The notes below the pieces were generated by a model. The model had not been told where the DNA came from, ran no database searches, and worked only from the letters and a program-made list of their open reading frames with translations. Source: Coleofasciculus chthonoplastes F2-STO-03 (GTDB lineage Bacteria; Cyanobacteriota; Cyanobacteriia; Cyanobacteriales; Coleofasciculaceae). From it: DNA of 19,971 bases. Location: positions 1 through 19,971 of the forward strand of contig JAVJWO010000099.1 in NCBI GenBank assembly GCA_040222015.1, read 5' to 3'. Both the position numbers and the translations under genes were made by a program. Positions 16,749 to 19,971 of this stretch are shown here, piece after piece; position 1 is the stretch's first letter; every line of letters begins with the position of its first letter.

Positions 16749-17972
16749 TTATTCTGACGCTTTGTGACTAAAGAGTCGGAAATATAGACTGACAAAAAAC
16801 TCTTTAATCGGAAATGCCAAAAAGGTTAGCGGATTAATCGTGACAATAATATTCCGGACATCTCGCACCGCTAAGTTAACAATTTGTTGTGCCACCCAAT
16901 CCGCCGACATAATGCCAATGGGATTCAAATTACTCTTAAACGGTCCCAAAATCAGTTTGCGGATCACACAAGGCGCGTCTAGGCGGCGTAAGGTGACGAA
17001 ATCCCCTAATGCCCGTTTGCTTAATTCATAGAGGGGGCTGACGGCGGGACTAACTTCGGCTTCGGAGGTATTTACCCACACTTCCTTGCGGGCAATATCT
17101 TGATTGGTGCGAACCGTCTGCAAAAATAATTCTAATAACCGCCAACTAGAGAATGTATTCACCTCGTAGGATTTCGCGATCGCGTCAGCGGTTCTCTGTC
17201 CATGGACGTTAATCCCATGATTGAGGATCAATATATCAACCGATTCTAACTCAGCCGCCATCTCAGATTCTTGTCCCACTTGCCAGGTTATCGTTTTCAC
17301 CGATAACAGTTCGCCCGCTGCGGTTAAAATAATCGGCTCTGACTTTGAGGTTAACCCGATAACTTTAGCCCCGCGCTGGTGCAACTGATACAATAGCGAT
17401 CGCCCCAATGTGCCAGACGCCCCAGTAACCGCTACCGTTTTACCTTTCAGGGATAGCGCAGTACCCATAAGTTTATCGACGAAGGTCAATGTGCCACAAT
17501 AATACGCCTTTTGGTTATCAAAGTGATGTCGCCAATGATAGGGGCGATTCACTGTCCAGTTTGAGGGGGGAGTCAAGAATTGTCCCGGACGATGGGTTAA
17601 GTCGGTTAATTCATCCGCACCAGAGAGTCCACTCCCTCGCGCGATCGCACCTGCTAAAAAGCTTAACGTATAGAGGACACCCGCCAACGCCGCCCAATGG
17701 GGTTCACTCCAGATATAAGCAATTCCCCACAGCCCAAGGCTAAACAGCAACATGACCAAGGATTCGGGTAAATCATTGTACCAATGGGCTTGGCGATAAA
17801 TTTGCTCACTAGCCGGGGTTAAATCCGGCTTGAACACCCGATGATGCCAAACATGCAACCGATATAAGGGTGTCCAATGATGGGACAGGACGTGATAAAA
17901 GTCGCGGATTAGTTCCACCCAGAGAACAGAACCGAGTCCCCATGCTGCTGTACTCAGAAACGATATCACCAT
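16749..17972 (-). CDS. mgdE: Monoglucosyldiacylglycerol epimerase (bifunctional sterol desaturase/SDR family)
   Basis: His boxes HVWHH and HWRHH, Rossmann TGASGTLG, YELSK; divergent from mgdA. Confidence 0.88.
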   Translation of the reverse strand: MVISFLSTAAWGLGSVLWVELIRDFYHVLSHHWTPLYRLHVWHHRVFKPDLTPASEQIYRQAHWYNDLPESLVMLLFSLGLWGIAYIWSEPHWAALAGVLYTLSFLAGAIARGSGLSGADELTDLTHRPGQFLTPPSNWTVNRPYHWRHHFDNQKAYYCGTLTFVDKLMGTALSLKGKTVAVTGASGTLGRSLLYQLHQRGAKVIGLTSKSEPIILTAAGELLSVKTITWQVGQESEMAAELESVDILILNHGINVHGQRTADAIAKSYEVNTFSSWRLLELFLQTVRTNQDIARKEVWVNTSEAEVSPAVSPLYELSKRALGDFVTLRRLDAPCVIRKLILGPFKSNLNPIGIMSADWVAQQIVNLAVRDVRNIIVTINPLTFLAFPIKEFFVSLYFRLFSHKASE

Positions 17973-18107
17973 ACAAACCCTATATCCTCACCCATGCAGA
18001 ACGAGCAAACGTTAAAATACTAAAGCATACTCCTCAAAGTATAAAAAAATTAACGAAATAAGATACAATTAGATACAATTTGCGTGGGTGGAGAAATCAA
18101 GGAGCGT

Positions 18108-19526
18108 ATGCCAGAGAACTCCTGGACAGAGAATAACCATAGCAGTGAGCTTGATCCCCTTAGCTCTCTGCTGTCTGAGTGGTCTGAAGATGATTTTGAG
18201 AGCGACTTTTTCTTTCAGGGACTCGAAGGGCGACGACGCAAAGCGGCGTTGGCGCTGACCCTGATTTGGGGCGGGACGATCACTCTGCATCTGCTGTCCT
18301 GGGGGTATTGGTTAGTCTTTGGTTTAACCGCAATCCTGGGGATTCAGGCGATACGGGTATTAGTAGCGCGACCCATACGAGTGCCGAAACTGCTACAGGG
18401 GGAGAATCCGGCTGATTTTCCGTATGTGTCCTTACTGGTGGCTGCTAAGAATGAAGAGGCGGTCATTCAGAACCTGGTGAGGATGCTGTGCAACTTAGAT
18501 TATCCCCAGGAACGCTGCGAACTCTGGGTAATTAACGATCACAGTACGGATAAAACCCCCATCCTTTTAGATCAACTGGCGGCAGAATACGATCAGTTAA
18601 ACGTATTTCATCGTGATGCCAACGCCACAGGCGGTAAATCAGGAGCATTGAATCAGGTATTACCCTTGATCAAAGGAGACGTTATTGGTGTCTTTGATGC
18701 CGATGCTCATGTGACTCAAGATCTACTGCGGCGAGTGCTGCCCATCTTTAATCAGTCGAGAGTCGGCGCGGTACAAGTGCGAAAAGCGATCGCGAATGCG
18801 CGTCTGAATTTCTGGACAAAAGGACAGATGGCAGAAATGGCACTAGATAGCTATTTCCAAAACCAACGAACTGCCATTGGTGGGATTGGTGAACTCCGGG
18901 GAAATGGTCAATTTGTGCGTCGTGCGGCATTAGAACGCTGTGGCGGCTGGAATGAGCAAACAATTACCGATGACCTGGATTTAACCATACGTCTGCACCT
19001 GGATCGATGGGATATTCGTTTCCTAGAATTCCCAGCGGTGGATGAGGAAGGTGTGATTAGCGCCCTCTCCCTCTGGCATCAGCGGAGTCGTTGGGCAGAA
19101 GGGGGATATCAGCGTTATTTAGACTACTGGCGTCTGATTGCTAGTAATCGTCTGGGTTTGAGCAAAACCATCGATTTATTCTCATTTTTAATTATTCAGT
19201 ACCTATTGCCAACGGCAGCAATTCCCGATTGTTTAATGGCGCTGCTTCGTAGTCGTTTACCTCTGTATAGTCCGATTACTGGATTAGCGCTTACGCTGTC
19301 GTTTATTGCCATGTTTACCGGATTGCGTCGGATTCAACGAGATCAACCCTTGACAATCGGCACTCTATTTCTCAATGTCTTGCAAACAGTGCGTGGTCTT
19401 CTTTATATGATGCATTGGATGCTCGTCATGTCAGCTACAACCGCTCGTATGTCCGTGCGTCCTAAGCGATTAAAATGGGTGAAAACTGTGCATCAGGGGA
19501 CAGGGAAAGAAAGTTTTGAGTTTTGA
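18108..19526 (+). CDS. mgdA: Beta-monoglucosyldiacylglycerol synthase (GT2)
   Basis: Acidic N-terminus, GRRRKAAL, AAKNEE, GGKSGALN, FDAD, TDDLD, QRSRW, KWVKT; AGGAG RBS before ATG 18108; adjacent to mgdE. Confidence 0.88.
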   Translation: MPENSWTENNHSSELDPLSSLLSEWSEDDFESDFFFQGLEGRRRKAALALTLIWGGTITLHLLSWGYWLVFGLTAILGIQAIRVLVARPIRVPKLLQGENPADFPYVSLLVAAKNEEAVIQNLVRMLCNLDYPQERCELWVINDHSTDKTPILLDQLAAEYDQLNVFHRDANATGGKSGALNQVLPLIKGDVIGVFDADAHVTQDLLRRVLPIFNQSRVGAVQVRKAIANARLNFWTKGQMAEMALDSYFQNQRTAIGGIGELRGNGQFVRRAALERCGGWNEQTITDDLDLTIRLHLDRWDIRFLEFPAVDEEGVISALSLWHQRSRWAEGGYQRYLDYWRLIASNRLGLSKTIDLFSFLIIQYLLPTAAIPDCLMALLRSRLPLYSPITGLALTLSFIAMFTGLRRIQRDQPLTIGTLFLNVLQTVRGLLYMMHWMLVMSATTARMSVRPKRLKWVKTVHQGTGKESFEF

Positions 19527-19529
19527 TCA

Positions 19530-19723
19530 ACCCTTCGGCTTCGCTCAGGGTCAAAATAATCGGATCAGCGAATGTAGGGTGGGCACTGCCCACCTTATAC
19601 CAAGTTTGCCCACCTTATACCAAGTTGCAGTCTAAGGTAGAATCTGTCATTCTGAGCAGAACGCAGTGAAACGGAATGACGCTCGCGCATCTGTCCAGAT
19701 TCTTCGCTTCTCTCTCCAATGAC
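19530..19723. repeat. Cluster of palindromic repeats with a 20-bp tandem duplication
   Basis: CCCTTCGGCTTCGCTCAGGG; REP GTAGGGTGGGCACTGCCCACC at 19574; TGCCCACCTTATACCAAGTT twice (19587-19626); GTCATT...AATGAC element at 19646-19723. Confidence 0.7.
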
Positions 19724-19754
19724 ATGATAGAACTATCATACTCAATCTCTATAT

Positions 19755-19941
19755 GTAGGGTGTGTTAGCGCAGCGTAACGCACCAATTATAGCAACCGCC
19801 ATAGCGGTTAGGACACATCATTTATGTAGAAGACGTTCCGGCGGAACGTCTGGAACAACAGCTATAAAACGGTGCGTTACGGCGCACGGGTGTTTTGTTA
19901 GGGATAAACTAAATAAAAACTATGCGCCTAACGCACCCTAC
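19755..19941. repeat. REP doublet carrying a nested element
   Basis: GTAGGGTGTGTTAGCGCAGCGTAACGCACC ... GGTGCGTTA...TAACGCACCCTAC; the inner TATAGC...GCTATA segment contains AGACGTTCCGGCGGAACGTCT. Confidence 0.75.
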
Positions 19942-19971
19942 ACCTATTGATGCCATTGTTCGCGCATTCCT

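Noticed and set aside
16749..19526. mgdE/mgdA pair as a novel system
   Set aside because: This is the established cyanobacterial MGDG synthesis pathway.
19762..19950. 62-aa ORF
   Set aside because: Made almost entirely of REP and MITE repeat sequence.
1..19971. Frequent GCGATCGC palindromes
   Set aside because: Known cyanobacterial HIP1 sequence; useful for taxonomy, not novel.

Overview
Chromosomal window from a filamentous cyanobacterium (frequent HIP1 GCGATCGC sites, heptamer tandem repeats, GTAG-tailed REP hairpins; Oscillatoriales/Coleofasciculus-like by inference). Core genes are comF, a PD-(D/E)XK nuclease coupled to a fibrillin gene, DUF3134, a CPBP protease, clpS, an alpha/beta hydrolase and the divergent galactolipid pair mgdE/mgdA. 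Accessory material is interleaved: three intact UPF0175-type antitoxin genes whose PIN toxins are internally deleted or missing, a collapsed TA relic, an orphan beta-class DNA methyltransferase with a duplicated promoter, a 7-repeat FG-GAP/RTX protein, an AAA_35 ATPase fused to an uncharacterised C-terminal domain, a glycan-modification relic islet, MITEs and REP doublets. I found no rRNA, tRNA, CRISPR array, transposase or reverse transcriptase, and no clearly complete novel system. The best leads are the AAA_35 fusion, the repeated end-preserving toxin deletions, the duplicated MTase promoter and a structured leader at the left end. Family calls come from motif recognition, not database searches.
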